From Hydrurus foetidus (Eukaryota), in contig UYFQ01000539.1 in assembly GCA_900617105.1 (NCBI GenBank), positions 62,001 through 126,000 of the forward strand: DNA of 64,000 nt. The letters run 5' to 3'. Made by a program: the position numbers and the translations under genes. Shown one piece after another: positions 1 to 17,710 of this stretch. Every line of letters begins with the position of its first letter. Within the stretch, counting starts at the first letter, position 1. Below the pieces are notes generated by a model, which saw only the letters and a list, made by a program, of their open reading frames with translations, had not been told where the DNA came from and searched no databases.

Positions 1-235
1 ACAGATAATAAACATTTGTATAACGTGAAATAAGAGTAAAATATCATTTTCGTTAGTTTCCGAAATATAGTGCGACAGTCTATTGATGTAAAAAGAACCG
101 ACTATTACTTTTCCGGAAATAATAAAAGGAGGTAAATTGAAATTTGTGACAAAATTATGTAGTCTGAAAAATGGAGATATGAAAAGCAGCATTCATTGAT
201 GCCACAGTAATTATCATTTGAATTGCAATTTAATT

Positions 236-2500
236 CTATAACTCCTCTTCTTCCTCTACTCCTTCCTTTTCTACATCTTTTGCTTCGTCAGAATCAACAG
301 TTTTACTCGTTGGCAATTCACCGATTTCACTATCCAAATCCGTTAAATTGAAAAACCATCCTGCATCGGATAATTCTTTGGACAAAATAGATGTCCGCTG
401 TTTAATCGGCATGATAGTCCAGTGGGGAGAAGGTGTGTTTCGGTGCCATCTGAAGTCAACCACATTGTCCCAACAAGTCGCATTTGTTAAACTGCTAGCC
501 TAGTGGATACAAGAAAGTGATGTAATAGAGATGAACGAGAAAAGAAAAAAAAAGTTGAATTGAAATAAAACAGATTCAAAAGGAAAGGGAAATAAAGAAG
601 AAATAAAGAATCATGAAAGAATATTAAAACAAAATGTATAAGAAAAAACAAAGGTATGAAGGTGTGAGTGTGGGGCCGACACGAAATAAAATTTACAAAC
701 AAAAAAGTTGAAATTGTAAAAGGTAAAAAAAATGTGTTCTTACTTGAAAATCATTTTCTATTCCCGGATAAGAAATATTGTAAGGAGAGAATAAAAATCC
801 AGTGCAGTCTTCAATAATGGGATGAGAATTAACTCGAACAAATAGGTGACAATTTTGACTTCGATGAATTCGTAATTGATGACAAGATAAATAAATTAGT
901 ACGTCATTACACTCTTCTATGTAGACTGATGTGCAACATGGTCCAAGGTAAACTTGACAATTTTTCAAATTTTCAAGTCGCACAGATCCGTGTATCGTTG
1001 GACTGTTTTTTTGAAATTTAAGAAACGAGGAAGAAGACGAGGAGTACAGATTGTTAGACGTATTTCAAAATTAAAAAGGCACAGTAAATTATCATTAAGT
1101 ACGTGTGAGTCAAAATCTTGATTAATCTGAAAACATTTGGCGCAATATTCATTTGATTAGCGTAGAACATTCGAAATGTGAATACAATTAGTGGCTTCCA
1201 GAAAATGCCTACATGTCACTCACATAATATAAAATATCGAATATAAATTGAAGTCTAGCGATATTAAAATTAAGCAAAAAATGCAGCAAATTTATCGATT
1301 TACCTTGATATGACAACATTTTCACAGTCCGTAAGTAACAGCTGTACGTTCGTTCCAAAAGCGGAAATTAATTTTAATTCAGAACCGGATAGAAAAACTT
1401 TTTCATTTTTCTTTCCAGAAACTACATAGGATCCTGGTGGATATTTTTTTGTCTCTTTCTCTTCTTTCATTTCTTTTATTTCATCATTTGATTTTTCAAT
1501 TTTCTGTACAATTGGTACTTTGACACTACAAAGTAAAAATTATTTTCAATCTTTCAATAACAAGTTTAATGAAAAAACTAAATCATTAATATTGATTTGT
1601 ATTCTTTAAAATAACAGCAACAATAAAAGGAAAAAAAAAACTTACCCAGTTGAACGCGATGCAAAAGAAAACTTTTTTTTCGGTTTTAGAAGCAATTCCG
1701 TATCTTTCAATTCCCTTCCTAATATCTCTAATTCCTAGTAAAAGAAGTATTTTCTTTTGATTATTAGTGCTGATAAATAATTCCTAAGCACCGCATACAT
1801 CATGTAATCTGCGTGTCTGAGAAAATAGAACACAAATATGATTATTTTACAAATAGGATGTTAATATGTGGACACTACATATCAAAATTGTCTATACAAT
1901 TGTCTCGCACTCAATTATTGATAGGCTAACACTAACAATAATTTTCTCGCATTCAGAATGTGCTTACCTCTTGGCTTCTTCTGACATCGTAAGGAGGTAG
2001 CAGTGGAGTGCATTCAGTCGCATCTTCCCATGGTAAGAATATTGATACAGTAAGAGTGAGATAACGCAGAACAGTTACAAGTGATTCTTTGTGACAGATA
2101 ACGAGCTTGGAATTACTATAAGATTGATCGTCTGACATGCAGTGCAAATAGAATTGCAGTGGCATCGGAATCCATTTCGTTCTATGAAGCTATAGCATTC
2201 GAAGGGCTCAAAATAGTTGTCAAACTTGATGCATATGCGGAACAAGTACCAAGACAGCTTCTAGCTCATTTATTCTATTCAATCCCCACGCAAACACGCA
2301 AGAATGTTGCAAAGGAGCGGTATAGGAAACTTACAGGACTGCAGATTCGACAATTGAATTTTCAGCTTCTGGATTGTTTCCAAATCTTCAGCGACATCAG
2401 GAGTGAGAGTACCTAGCACCGCTCTTATCTCTGCTATAGAACTTGTAAACGTGGTCCAGAAGTTTGTCGAGGTCTCAACTTTCTTCTCGAATTCACTCAT
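236..2500 (-). CDS. TBCC: Tubulin-specific chaperone C (cofactor C), about 6 exons
   Basis: N-terminal helical region (..LQSYATECTPLLPPYDVRRSQE..) and C-CAP/TBCC domain (VRLENLKNCQVYLGPCCTSVYIEEC..CHQLRIH..HPIIEDC..FSPY; WDNVVDFRWHRNTPSPHW). ATG at 2500, TAG at 236-238, GT-AG introns. Confidence 0.9.
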
Positions 2501-3362
2501 CGTGCTTTCGCTCAGTCCACCCACTGAAATGCAAAATATGGCAACCTTCGAATTTCCAGAGAATACGAAAGCGAGTACTCGACAAGAACGAACTTATCCC
2601 GTCCAACCTAGGGTGAGCTGCTGTAGACAGGAGTTTTCACTAGCAACTGCTTTCTACATTAGAAACTGCAGTAGTTGTCCAACTTATCAACTTCTATCTT
2701 CGGTGCGTACCGGATGGAGCGGGTTCCGATTCGGTTAAATACGGCTTTTCTGTAGGTGTGATACTTCCTTCTCCCTATATACAGTCTCAGGACGAACATT
2801 CTGACATATATTGATACCAACAATAACTTTGGGAGACAGATCACAGCTTGGTGAAGTGCATTGCAGGCGCGCAAGGTGTAACAGCCGCTGAGGGTCATTT
2901 TAATGCACGGCCTGTTCTCGCTAAATGCGCTAATGACTGTTATGTATTCTGCAATCGTGTTATTGGTTTCAGGACTAGTCAGTTAGTAATCAAAACGTGG
3001 TTGGTTTCAGTGATACAGGCTGGCAGAGAAGTGTCTCAAGTCACAATGCAGGTGATTCGAAGAATTAAAGAATCCCACATCTTCCGGATTGAGGAAATCT
3101 AGCTCATAAAGCGGTCAGCGGCGCACTCTATCTGCCGTTGGCTATTCCGCATTCCGCACAATGTGTTCGATCCCTTCTTACAAACATAGAATGCACGGAA
3201 GATAGACAGCACTTCTTTCCAGAAACCTTCTTCGCATGGCTCGGAGTCAGTTGTCTCCATAGTGATGCAAATCGTGAGCGTCATCGAGACATAGATTATT
3301 TGCCGCAGAAAATCAGTTAAAGTGGATTGGGTACCAGGAGTCTGAACGACGGAGACATCATA

Positions 3363-6300
3363 ATGACACTCTTCGGCGACATGAAATCCAAAGCATCCAG
3401 CTGTTGCAGCTCACTCCTTCATATTCTTTTCACACCAACAGTCAAAGTCTCTGTGTTTGGTGCAGCACCATCTCTGACTGTGATGAGAAAAATGAATAAG
3501 AAGAAAACAACATTTTATGGGGCAACGTTTTGGTACTACTATAGGATGTTCTATCCGTATCTCTTCCCAGTGGTCTTTATAATTTTCCTGATAATAGCTC
3601 TGACTGCCTGGAACACCGTTAAGGGTCATCTAGTGCTGGGATCTATTCTATCATTAATCTCTTCAGTTTCTGTGGTTATGTCCTACATCATGATAATGCC
3701 GTGGCGAAAGCACCCGAGTTCTCTGATTCTTTATCGCGCCCTCACAAGCACTGTATTCTCTGTGAATATTCTGATGAATGCTATTGATGTTCAATCAACC
3801 ACGTGTCGTAATTATGCTGTTGTGACTCAAATAATGCTTTTAGCAGGTAATTCAGAATTTCCATCAATTATCATCAATTCATCTTTTCTCATCCTTCAAT
3901 TACAATTCTCTATCATGCATTCCTCTGATCTGTTCGGTTCAGAATGCATTTTTTCTGTTCCCATCAATTCTTGTCATTACTCCGAATTCTTTCTCCCAAA
4001 GAATGTTCTTTCTGAGTGCTTTCCTTTTCATGATATCTGTGACGAACCTTTCTATTGACTTTCAACCATCATGAATGGAGCGAACTTCTTTTGTCAACTA
4101 ACTCATTCGCACATTCCAATACAATCTTGCTTTGCGACGAAACACTTGTTGAACTGGATTTGTCATGTTCTTTTACTCCGGTATATCGCGTCACACTTCA
4201 ACTCATTCATTACCATCTCTGCTCCTAGAATACTTTCAGCACTACTATTAATCGTTGTACTTGACTCATTACTGTGTTCTTTATGTTTATATTTATATTT
4301 TACATTTATATTTACATTTACGATGCATCGGTGTTACCTAATTGGTTAACTTTATTAAATATTTATCTATGGTGTAACACTTTCGAAACTTTCATCGATC
4401 ACTGCTGCTTCACTCTTCATTGTGTTTCTTAGAACGTGTTATTATCAAAATTTCTGACTTCATTCAGTGACTTTTTTTTCTTTAATTTCATATAATCTTT
4501 TTTCCTTACTGTCATTATCAATACAATCACTTTTTTTAAATAGATATGTTTAATTGTTCATTTATTTATTTCTTATACAGGTGAATCTTGGCTCACAACA
4601 ATCGCACTCGATCTCGTGAAATCTTTGACGAATCCGTTTACAAGTTATAAAGGAAATATGAAAAGTTATCATATGATGGTGTGGACTTTCACTGGTGCAT
4701 TATCATTTATTTTCTATTTTAATAAAGACTGCCAAGGGAGATTTGATCATGGGATATGTTGGGTGAAAATCTCGTCAACCCATTCTCCTTGTCTATGGGG
4801 ATATTTTCTATTTTGGATTGTGTGTATGTACGCATATCAGATGTGGGCCAGTTTATTCGCCTATCTGAGGTTGCGCAGAGGGTTGCCATTAACATTCGAA
4901 ATACGAAAACAATGCGCTGTTGAAACCTTTAAATGCCTCGCAGTTTACGCAGCTTATTTATCCGTTATGATGTTTTTTTTCTCCATTATTTCCTCTCTCG
5001 ATCCCAACCCACCACTTGGATCTCCTTTGAATGATTTTTCATTGTTCCTGTTGTTCATTGTGGCCAACAGAGGATCAGTGGATGGAATAGTTTGGTTTAT
5101 GTTGCATGATTTTATGAGGGATAAAGAAGATAAAAAAAATGAGAACGTACGATTGGGAAGTACAAATAGTTTATCAGAAACAGAAAATGGTGAAAAAAAT
5201 GATAATAATGAAAATGGAGAGTATGCAGGAGATACTGGAAAAGTCAAAATATTGGAACACGGTGAAATAGAATCGCCTGGTAAATTAGGAAGGAGGCCAT
5301 CTATTTTTAGTGCGCCAATAGCAGGTGAGATACAACTTCAATTTTTATGAACTTTTTTTTGGGACATGTTTTATTAACGTCGCACATAAAATGAAATAGA
5401 GGACCTCTCAAGGAATATTTAACACAAATTGAGCGATATCCTTTATTCTCAACCGCCTATTTTCGAGTACGAAAATATGATATCTGTCTACTTGTGATTG
5501 CGAATATATTTTGCATTTCAGTAGTGACTAAAGACACAATTTTGTGTTTTTTTTTGCTGTTCCACTTTTTATTTTTAGTTATATAAATACTGTTACTCAT
5601 ACTCATCATAAAATCATAACTTTTAATATTCCAAATTATCTCTTATATCTACTGTAATTATCTAATTTTTTTAAGAATTTCTAATAATTAGTCATATTAA
5701 TTTTAGGAATTGGAGCTCAGACTCATAAGACGGAAAAAGCGTTAAAAAAAGGTATTTTAGGACTTAAAAAGGGTTTGACGGATTTTGCCGATTTGGCCAT
5801 TGCAGAGTTCGATGAAGCTGACCTCAGCCCACAGGTGATAATTTGATATACTTTCATTTCAGGATTGATTTATTGATTGTAAAGGTGTCTTGAAAGATTA
5901 TTTGATATTGCAATTTTGACGTCATATTTTTGATGTGCACTTTTTGAATCTATTTAAGTTATTTATTTTTCTTATTTTTAGGACAGAATTTTTTCACTGT
6001 TCTTGTAACTTTTTCGATTATTGTAAATTACATTTCGACAACTAAATTACTCTAGTGAATTTACATTTCACCAATTTTATCACCCTTTTAAATAGCTGAT
6101 ACAATAACACCATCCCCGACTACTTAAAATTAATCCTTGTAGGTCAACATGGCGTTACGTCAGCAAATCGTACAGTACGTTACAGCAGGCGTACGTAACG
6201 CTGTACGGCGCACCAATCTTACCCCGCCTCGGAAAAGTGCATTTGTTGATATTTTTAACGGAGGATTTTCTTCGAAGAAAGATCCGGCAGTAGTACCCGG

Positions 6301-9300
6301 ATTAGAAGTTTTGGAATTTTTATTAGAAGGTATTTAATGCTCCACTAAATACGTTTTTTTGAGATATCTTATGTATTGTTTGTAGAAAGACAGACACATA
6401 TTATTGTTACACTTTATTATTTTTCATCATTTACATTTTTGTCATCAGTTACTTTTTTTTTAGTTTTAGTTTTATTTTTATTTTTAGTTTACGCCCTACA
6501 TTTTGATCATTTCCTTTCTCTTCCTCCTTTCCCTGGGCTCTTTTTTTCTATTCACTTACTCTCTGTTTCTTTCTTTTTCTCTTTCCCTCCTCTTTTTTTA
6601 ATTTATACTTTTTTTTCTTGTCTTGTCTTTTCTTTTTTTTCCATTTTTTTTCTCATTTTTTCTTAGGGGAACATCCTTTCAAATCTTTTGCTCCGGGATT
6701 ATTTCAAGAATTAAGAATGAACGAAGGTACGCAGTCCTTGTTCAGTACTTCTCTTTTGGTACTCGTAATATTACTAAAACGATACATAGTTATTCATTCA
6801 TTATTGCAGCTTATGCTTCTTTTTTTCCTAGTGACCTATGATGACGAATGTGCATATGGGTGTGTTTTTTGTTTTTCCATATAGCTATACTTCGATTTTA
6901 ATTTCGATTTTTTTAACATTATATTTAGGAATCAGTGACGAAAGATTTTTAAAAGTTTTGTCATCTACAGCGAATGAAAAATTATCAGAAGGGGCCAGTG
7001 GTGCGTTTATGTTCTTCTGCGGTGGCGGAGAATTTATAGTAAAAACTATCAGGGCAAGAGAAGCCAAAGTGCTCCACCAATCATTGCGAACGTATCATAC
7101 CTTTTTGAAGAATAATAAGAATTCTTTATTGTGCAGATTTCTGGGAAGTTTCAGTTTAGGCATGTATGCTCAAACTTTTTATTTTGTTGTTATGGCGAAC
7201 TGTTTCGATCCCAAAGCTGACATTAATGAAAGGTAAATTACCGTTTTTCTTAGTTTCATTGTGTCGTGTTGTGTAGTATTGTGTTGTGTTGTATAGTGTT
7301 GTGTTGTATTGTTGTGTGTTGTGATGTATTGTATTGTGTTGTATTGTTGTGTGTTGTGATGTATTGTGTTACATTGTATTGTATTGTATGGTATGGTATT
7401 GTATTGTATTGTAATGTATTGTACTATATTGTATTGTACTGTACTGTATTGTATTGTATTTTATTGTACTGAATTGTATTGTATTGTATTGTATTGTAAT
7501 GTAATGTATTGTATTGTACTATATTGTGATGTATTCCATTGTGTTGTATTGAATTGTATTGTACTATATTGTATTGAATTGTATTGTGTTGTGTTGTATT
7601 GTATTGTATTCCATTGTGTTGTATTGAATTGTATTGTACTGTATTGTGTTGTGTTGTATTGTATAATATAGCACTGCATATCGTTGCATTCTGTTACATT
7701 GTGTTGCATCGCAACGTATAGCACTGTATTGATTTGTACTGTATCTTATCACATTTTTATTTTCGCAAATAAAACAATTTCAACGAAATCCTTCTTCCTC
7801 CCTTTATTCACATTCAATCACTCTCCCCCTCCCCCTTCTTTGAATTACGTTCTTCCTTTTTCATTCTTCATTCTTCATTCTTCATTTTTCATTTTTCAAT
7901 TCTTTTTTATCTTAGATTTGATATAAAAGGTTCTTGGGTAGGCAGGTCAGCCGACCCAGTGAAGCCGACAAAAAAAGTAGTTTGTCGACACTGCAACACT
8001 TTATTCATTCCCATATCGAAAGAACAGTGCACTGTAGTGATTGGCAGACATGAAGCAAATGTCGTACTAAAAGACAATGATTTGCATATCAAAATCAGCC
8101 TTGATCCAACTCAAGCCGCTAACGTCATTGAAATTCTTAAAAAAGATAGTAATTTATTGGCTAGATTAGGGGTGATTGATTACAGGTAAAAACCAAATGC
8201 CGAAAATTTGTAGTACCAAATAATTCCGTATTCTACCGAAGTGTCTCGACGTACAATTGTTTTACTTGCCATTACTTGCCTTTTCGAAGTAAGGATTATT
8301 CTGAATGAATTTAAATTCTTGTTTATATGTGTTTTCAAACCAAAATCTCTTATTTTTATTTTCCATTGAGTAGTCATTACCGCTTAATTTTTTCTCATGA
8401 AAATGTACATCATTCTTCAATGTACTTACATCTTAACGTTATTTTTTATCTTAGTTTGTTGGTCGGTGTTAAAAAAAGAAAATTCGCAGTTGAAGTAACG
8501 GATGAGGAAGTAAGTACCAAATGATTTCATTTGATGCAAAATAAGATTTTTAGAGTTTTTTTTGGTTTAATATATTATGCTGACGTACTACTCCGATTGT
8601 AATATGTATGGATAGATAACCGGACAATTACGAAAAGAAGTCTAGTTTTATATTGTATGGTATAGCCCCAACCACACATAGCCATCAAGTTCTAATGCAT
8701 CAGCCAGCATTATTTCTGATTTTTCTGTTTGAGTGTTACACAAACCCCTGTCATCTCACACTTCCCTAATAATTATTATTATTTCCATTTCATCTTTTTT
8801 TCTTCTTTCTTCTTTTTTCTTATTCTTCAGATGGGGGCAGTCGGGTCGGACCTGTCCCCGACCCCCCTTAACCCCTCCACCAACACACCCAATGTCGCGT
8901 CATCGTCCTTTAGGGCTGCTAGTGTGACCGGTCCAGCTATCTATTATCTAGGTATGTAATGCTCTACTAATTTTATAAATTGCTGCTGACTCAAATTTGT
9001 GCATTTTTTGCAATTTAAAAAACTGAAGTCATCAACTTTACATGATATAAGTTTTTTGGTGCATTTTTTTTTCAAATTTTTCAAATTTATTTACCAATTT
9101 GCGATTGATAAAGATGTGGTTATTGTGCCGGTCAAATCTACACACCGACTTTTTTCGGGGGATCTTTTTTTTGCGGAACAATTCACGATTTCAGTTTTCT
9201 ACTTACGACTTTTATTTCAAAACCGTACAAATAATCCTCTTTTCTCTCGGAAATCCGTTTTTTGGGACTGTTTTGCGAAAAATTTAAAAATCTATTTACT

Positions 9301-10130
9301 TGTGGCTCTGCCGTATAATTAGTTATGCCGGGGACAATGCGTAATGATTTTTCTGAATTACGAATTCTCCATTCCAACTGATCTCACACTAAAAATGGAT
9401 GTAACTAACAAATACAGGAATTGTTGATTTTCTCCAAGATTGGTCTACAAAGAAAAAAATCGAAAGAGCTTTCAAAATTTATTTCGGTAGAAAAGATCCG
9501 GATGGACTCTCGGTAATGGAGCCAAAACCGTATAAATTGAGATTCCAAGGTATGGCATGTAATTTGGATTTGGGGAATAATATTTTTACTCCTGTCACTT
9601 CTTTTTTCACTTTTTCACGTTATTTTTATTCACACAGTATTCTATTATTGTTTTTTGAAGGGAAAATGGATCAAATTTTCGACATTGACGGAACTGGAAT
9701 TTCTTCGGCCTTGGGTCCGGGCATGAGCTGGAAAGAAAAAGGAAATGATTCAAATAGTATGAGTGAAAAAAGGAATGAAAATGAAGGTGAAATTTTAGTG
9801 GGTAATTATGGACATGAAATTGATTCATCTTTTTTCTCGTATAAAAATGAGGAAGAGGATGATGAGGATGAAGAAGAAAAAGAAAAAGAATTGGGGGAAA
9901 ATGAGAAGATGCATAAGAAAGATGATAATTATGAAATTGATGTTGAAAAAAATCCACCATCAAACACTGAAAAAATTGACGGAAATGATTATGAAATCGT
10001 GAACACGGATACTGTTGTCAATCCAATGATGATCAACGTTTCTGTTATGGGAGATGACGATGACGAAGAAGGAGAAGATAATGATGAGGAGGAAATCGAT
10101 GGTGTGAACCAAATTAGAAGTAAAAGATAG
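3363..10130 (+). CDS. GPCR-PIP kinase fusion (7TM domain plus phosphatidylinositol-4-phosphate 5-kinase), multi-exon
   Basis: Exons 3363-3846 and 4581-5323 encode 7-8 hydrophobic helices. The linker contains LR(x9)GV (LRQQIVQYVTAGV). PIPK motifs: FAPGLFQELR, SEGASGAFMF, FIVKT, SLLCRFLG, FDIKGS, LKDNDL, IDYSLLVG, GIVDFLQDW..KKIER. Acidic tail ends at TAG 10128-10130. The start ATG is uncertain (3363, 3381 or 3483). Confidence 0.9.
7262..7670 (+). repeat. Degenerate pentanucleotide microsatellite (TATTG/TGTTG)n, intronic
   Basis: Directly visible; starts about 30 nt after the GT donor at 7233. Confidence 0.95.
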
Positions 10131-10621
10131 AAAACAACATAATGCAACAATTACAGTTAAAATAGAAAATGTAGAAAATCGCAAGTTAGAAAAATTGTAC
10201 AATAATAAGTAGATGAGTATACCCAATTTGATGTGAAGATACACGATGATTTTGAAAACGCAAAAATGAAGTAACAATTTTGATATTTTTTTGTATATAT
10301 TTCCATAGAAATTACGTAACAATTACAAATTTGATAAGCAGTCAGCACATTTGGAATTCTTCAGGTTACTGAAAAAGTTTTTCAAAATTGGTTTGACCTG
10401 AGCTATCTTTTGATAACACTGATGGGTTATGAAGATTTACGAAATAATTTGATGGAGATGATAATAATTGGACCATTTTCAACAAATTAGATGCTCATTC
10501 AATTACGTCACGGAATACACCAGTATTCCGCCGACACCTCGACCTATGTTGTCAACTCTTTATTTGGAACCCGAACTCTACTATTTCTCAGCGGTAGTGC
10601 CGAGTTATCAGATTGAGGCTG

Positions 10622-11200
10622 ATGATGCAAGCAGTCAGCATGTCTCGCGCTGCTTTGATCGCATCGCGAACTGCGGCGAAAGGAGTTCGGTGCAGCAAAC
10701 TTATCAAATGCGCCCCACAAAGCATTGTGACCAGATCTTTCGGGTCAGAGCTGGGAAAGGGAATCAGTGTGATGGAGGAGGATTACTTTGACCGCGGTAC
10801 TGGGAAGAGAAGGATCCAAGTGAAAGCTTACGGACAAACATCGTTCAGACTCGACGAGACTTTGGTGCCCCATTCAGTGCTGCTGTTACCACACTCATTT
10901 TTCATCTGGAATGCGAAAACGTTTGAAGACATAACTATCGAAAGCCTTACGCTATTTACATTTGTTTTCCCGACACTTGAGATTCTCTTCATCGGCTGTG
11001 GTGAGAATCAACCGAAACAACTGCCGTTGGAGCTGATTCGTCATTTCCGAGCGAAAGGAGTTGTGGTGGAGGCGACCAATACTGCGAATGCAGCGTCATC
11101 GTTTAATGTTCTGAATGCAGAAGGTCGACATGTCGGTGCTGCACTACTGACTCTAGAGCCAACCATGGCTGTATTTAGAATCCCAGGAGAATTTGTCTGA
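10622..11200 (+). CDS. NDUFAF3: NADH dehydrogenase complex I assembly factor 3 / Mth938-domain protein, intronless
   Basis: Arg/Ser/Ala-rich mitochondrial-type presequence, then IQVKAYGQTSF..LEILFIGCG..GVVVEATNTANAASSFNVLNAEGRHVGAALL (Mth938/DUF498 motifs). Confidence 0.85.
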   Translation: MMQAVSMSRAALIASRTAAKGVRCSKLIKCAPQSIVTRSFGSELGKGISVMEEDYFDRGTGKRRIQVKAYGQTSFRLDETLVPHSVLLLPHSFFIWNAKTFEDITIESLTLFTFVFPTLEILFIGCGENQPKQLPLELIRHFRAKGVVVEATNTANAASSFNVLNAEGRHVGAALLTLEPTMAVFRIPGEFV

Positions 11201-12064
11201 TCAAAATAAAAATAGTGTCAAATGAAAGACAATATAATAACTGTATCAAATTCTAATCTAATGTGCAAAGTACTATCTGTATCATAAATCAAATCAGTCT
11301 ACAGAAACTGCCATAATAAGATCGCATCTTGTCGTAGCCTCAAATATATCAGAGTCGCATTTTCGAAACTATTTCTAATTTCAATAAAACACGACGGTAC
11401 AAGATTCAACTTCGCGATGTAAAAAGCAAAGTCCAAATCTCCTTTATGCGGTAGAGCATTCTGCTGTCTACGCTGTCAGCGAGCTCTTTGAACATAAAAC
11501 GCTAACACCAATTATCTTTGATCAAAGCAATCTTCCTCTTTAGACGAATACTGCACTAGTTATTCTACCTCCAAATAGCCAACTTTCGTTGAGAGCAAAA
11601 AACAAAAATTGGAAGCAGGTCACTTGCATCAATTTTCTCATACGAGAAATGCCTTATTCGAGTATTCTTGAGTGACATCATTTCGAAAAATCTACGTAAA
11701 GTTGATTTCTGCATGTCCCAATTTTTACTGATTTCATTTCACCTTTGAAATCATGGAAATTGCAAAATGGAAATAAAGATTCAAAAAAATAAATAAACAT
11801 TACTTCTGCAATATCTTAAATTTAAATTATCAATATTCGAAAAACAAAAATTACAAGGCTTAATCAATTTTTCCAAGCAGTTCTAAAATTAAAAAAACAC
11901 TGTTTATCATTTGTTCTTATACTTAATAATATTAACACGACAAGATAGTATTTAAGTAAAGATTTAGCTAGTTCGAGAACTGCCATAATTCGCTTTCAAT
12001 GCATCCTTCATCTATTTCAATAGTCCGATAATCAGTGCTCATGATACAGTCATAAATCGTAGAA

Positions 12065-15734
<3,670 letters not shown>

Positions 15735-15978
15735 GATCAGGTGAAAGTTGGTCTCTGTGTGCAAGCGTTGACAATAGCGATGGAATCCCCGTGACATGTG
15801 ACATCTAACTTCACGATGGTGATTCTTTGGTTCACAGCTCACAGCGGCGTATTGCCGACCCCTTACCGGACTGTGTCCGGTGCAAACCGTTGGATACGGG
15901 TGTAATCAGACGATCTATCCGGTTTTGAATCAAACTGACGGAACTTTCTACCAAAGTTTTGTTCCTAGATTTTGAAAG

Positions 15979-17710
15979 ATGCCATGCGAACATGGACTGT
16001 CACATTCAAGTGCTAATACTCAATACTCCAATTCGAGTCGAATTGATTGCATACCCAACGTACAAAACAAACTTGGAAGCCAATTCAAACCTGAAATGGC
16101 TGAATGCGATCGAAAAGCAGAGGAGGACATCTATCGGCTGTGCTCCGTGACAGAGGATGTGACTCAAATCAACATTGCGAAAGGAGACGAGTACATTCAT
16201 AACAGCAGAGGAGAAAAACTTTTTGTCCGGTAAAATGACAGCATGAACATACCGACTGACATCTGCAGCTAATTAACAACGGTATCTCCTAACAATTCTC
16301 TAATCCAATCTGCCACAGAACACAATGGCCAGCAGATGGTCGAGTCAAGGCCGTACTGGTCAGTCTACACGGTTACTCGTCTCATTGCAGTAGGCCAACA
16401 CAAACTTACGTTGCCTCGAAGATTGCTGGGAATGGTATAGGCTATGTGTGCCTAGACTTTCACGGACATGGATACTCTGATGGGTTGAAAGGGCTTGTAA
16501 CCAGCGCTGAAGGTCTGATTGATGACGTCCAATGCTTATTGGTCGCGCTTTATTCCAAAATACTACTTGAATTTCATGGCGAGGAGACGGATTCCGTGAA
16601 GAGATTCCATTTGAACAACTACGCGATGAATGTTCCCTTGTTCATTCTCGGTCAGTCTATGGGCGGAAGTACATCTTTGATGGTTGGAGATGCGCTACAA
16701 AAAAGTCTAGAAAATCCTAACGCTGATAAGCAACTTCGTTCTGTTGCGGCAAACTTCTGCGGCTGTATTCTACTTTGTCCAGCGCTTCAAATGAAAGTTC
16801 CTTCACCAGTCGTCGTCAACATTCTGAATTATGTGATCGTCCCACTGTTTGGTCAAGCATCCATTCCAGAGTTCATTCAACCTTCAAACGCGAATCAAGC
16901 GCAGATTTGGAAAAATCAGGCTTTCATCGACTATGTCGAAAGAGATGGGTGAGCAAACTTCTAATTGTATTTTTGCATCTGTGAGTTACTTCGTGATGTC
17001 TTTCTTTCCCAGTTTTTGTCTGCTACTAATATGACTTCTGATCGTATCATGTGCATTAACTGTCTACTCGCTTTTTCGTTTTTCTTCACCTTCATCTATG
17101 AATTTTTTTTCAAAATCATTATGTATTGCTATTTCTCATAATACACTGTCTTCCGAAATATTTGAATCGCGCCAAGTTTTCCAGCAAATCCCAAAGGGTT
17201 GAGTTTCAAGAATCCGATTCGATTCCAAACTGGATCCTCGATCCTCAAGTTGGCCATAAATTGCAGAGAATCAATGTCTGGTATTACTTTTCCGTTTTTG
17301 ATATTCCATGATCCAGATGACAGGGTGGTACAATTTGAAGGTATGAGAAAAAAATGAACACTTAAAAAGAAATAATCAGAACAGCGCTAGAGTGTGCGGC
17401 TAATTTTTGAATTAAGATAGCGTACTAGAACTATTTAACTTTGACTTTGAATATCTATTCGATGCCATTCTATTTCTTAGTTCTCGATCTTATCAAACAA
17501 AATGATTGATTACAGGCACTACAAGATTGATGTCACTGGCGAAGACAGAAGACGCTGATAAAAGTCTGATAATCATTGAAAACTCTCTACACGATTTACT
17601 CACAAACGAAATGGTTTTTGTCGTTGAAAAGAGTTTGGCTTGGATGGAAGCTAGATTGGCTCTTCGTAAAATTGAAAATAAAGATACAACATTAAGCTCT
17701 GACGACTGAT
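15979..17710 (+). CDS. Alpha/beta hydrolase, monoacylglycerol lipase / lysophospholipase (Hydrolase_4) family
   Basis: LHGYSSH, DFHGHGYSDG, nucleophile elbow GQSMGG, FHDPDDRV, SLHDLL (catalytic His); about 4 exons. Confidence 0.88.

Noticed and set aside
2848..3320. Short ORFs between TBCC and GPCR-PIPK
   Set aside because: No recognisable motifs or splice support; probably promoter or 5' UTR.
7266..7752. Cys/Ile/Val/Leu/Tyr-rich ORFs (also 19474-19877, 20773-21259, 32864-33277)
   Set aside because: Translations of intronic microsatellites, not proteins.
8980..9400. Intron segment resembling a DNA-transposon remnant, with weak inverted similarity to about 10321-10350
   Set aside because: No clear TIRs or TSD; the similarity is short and gapped.
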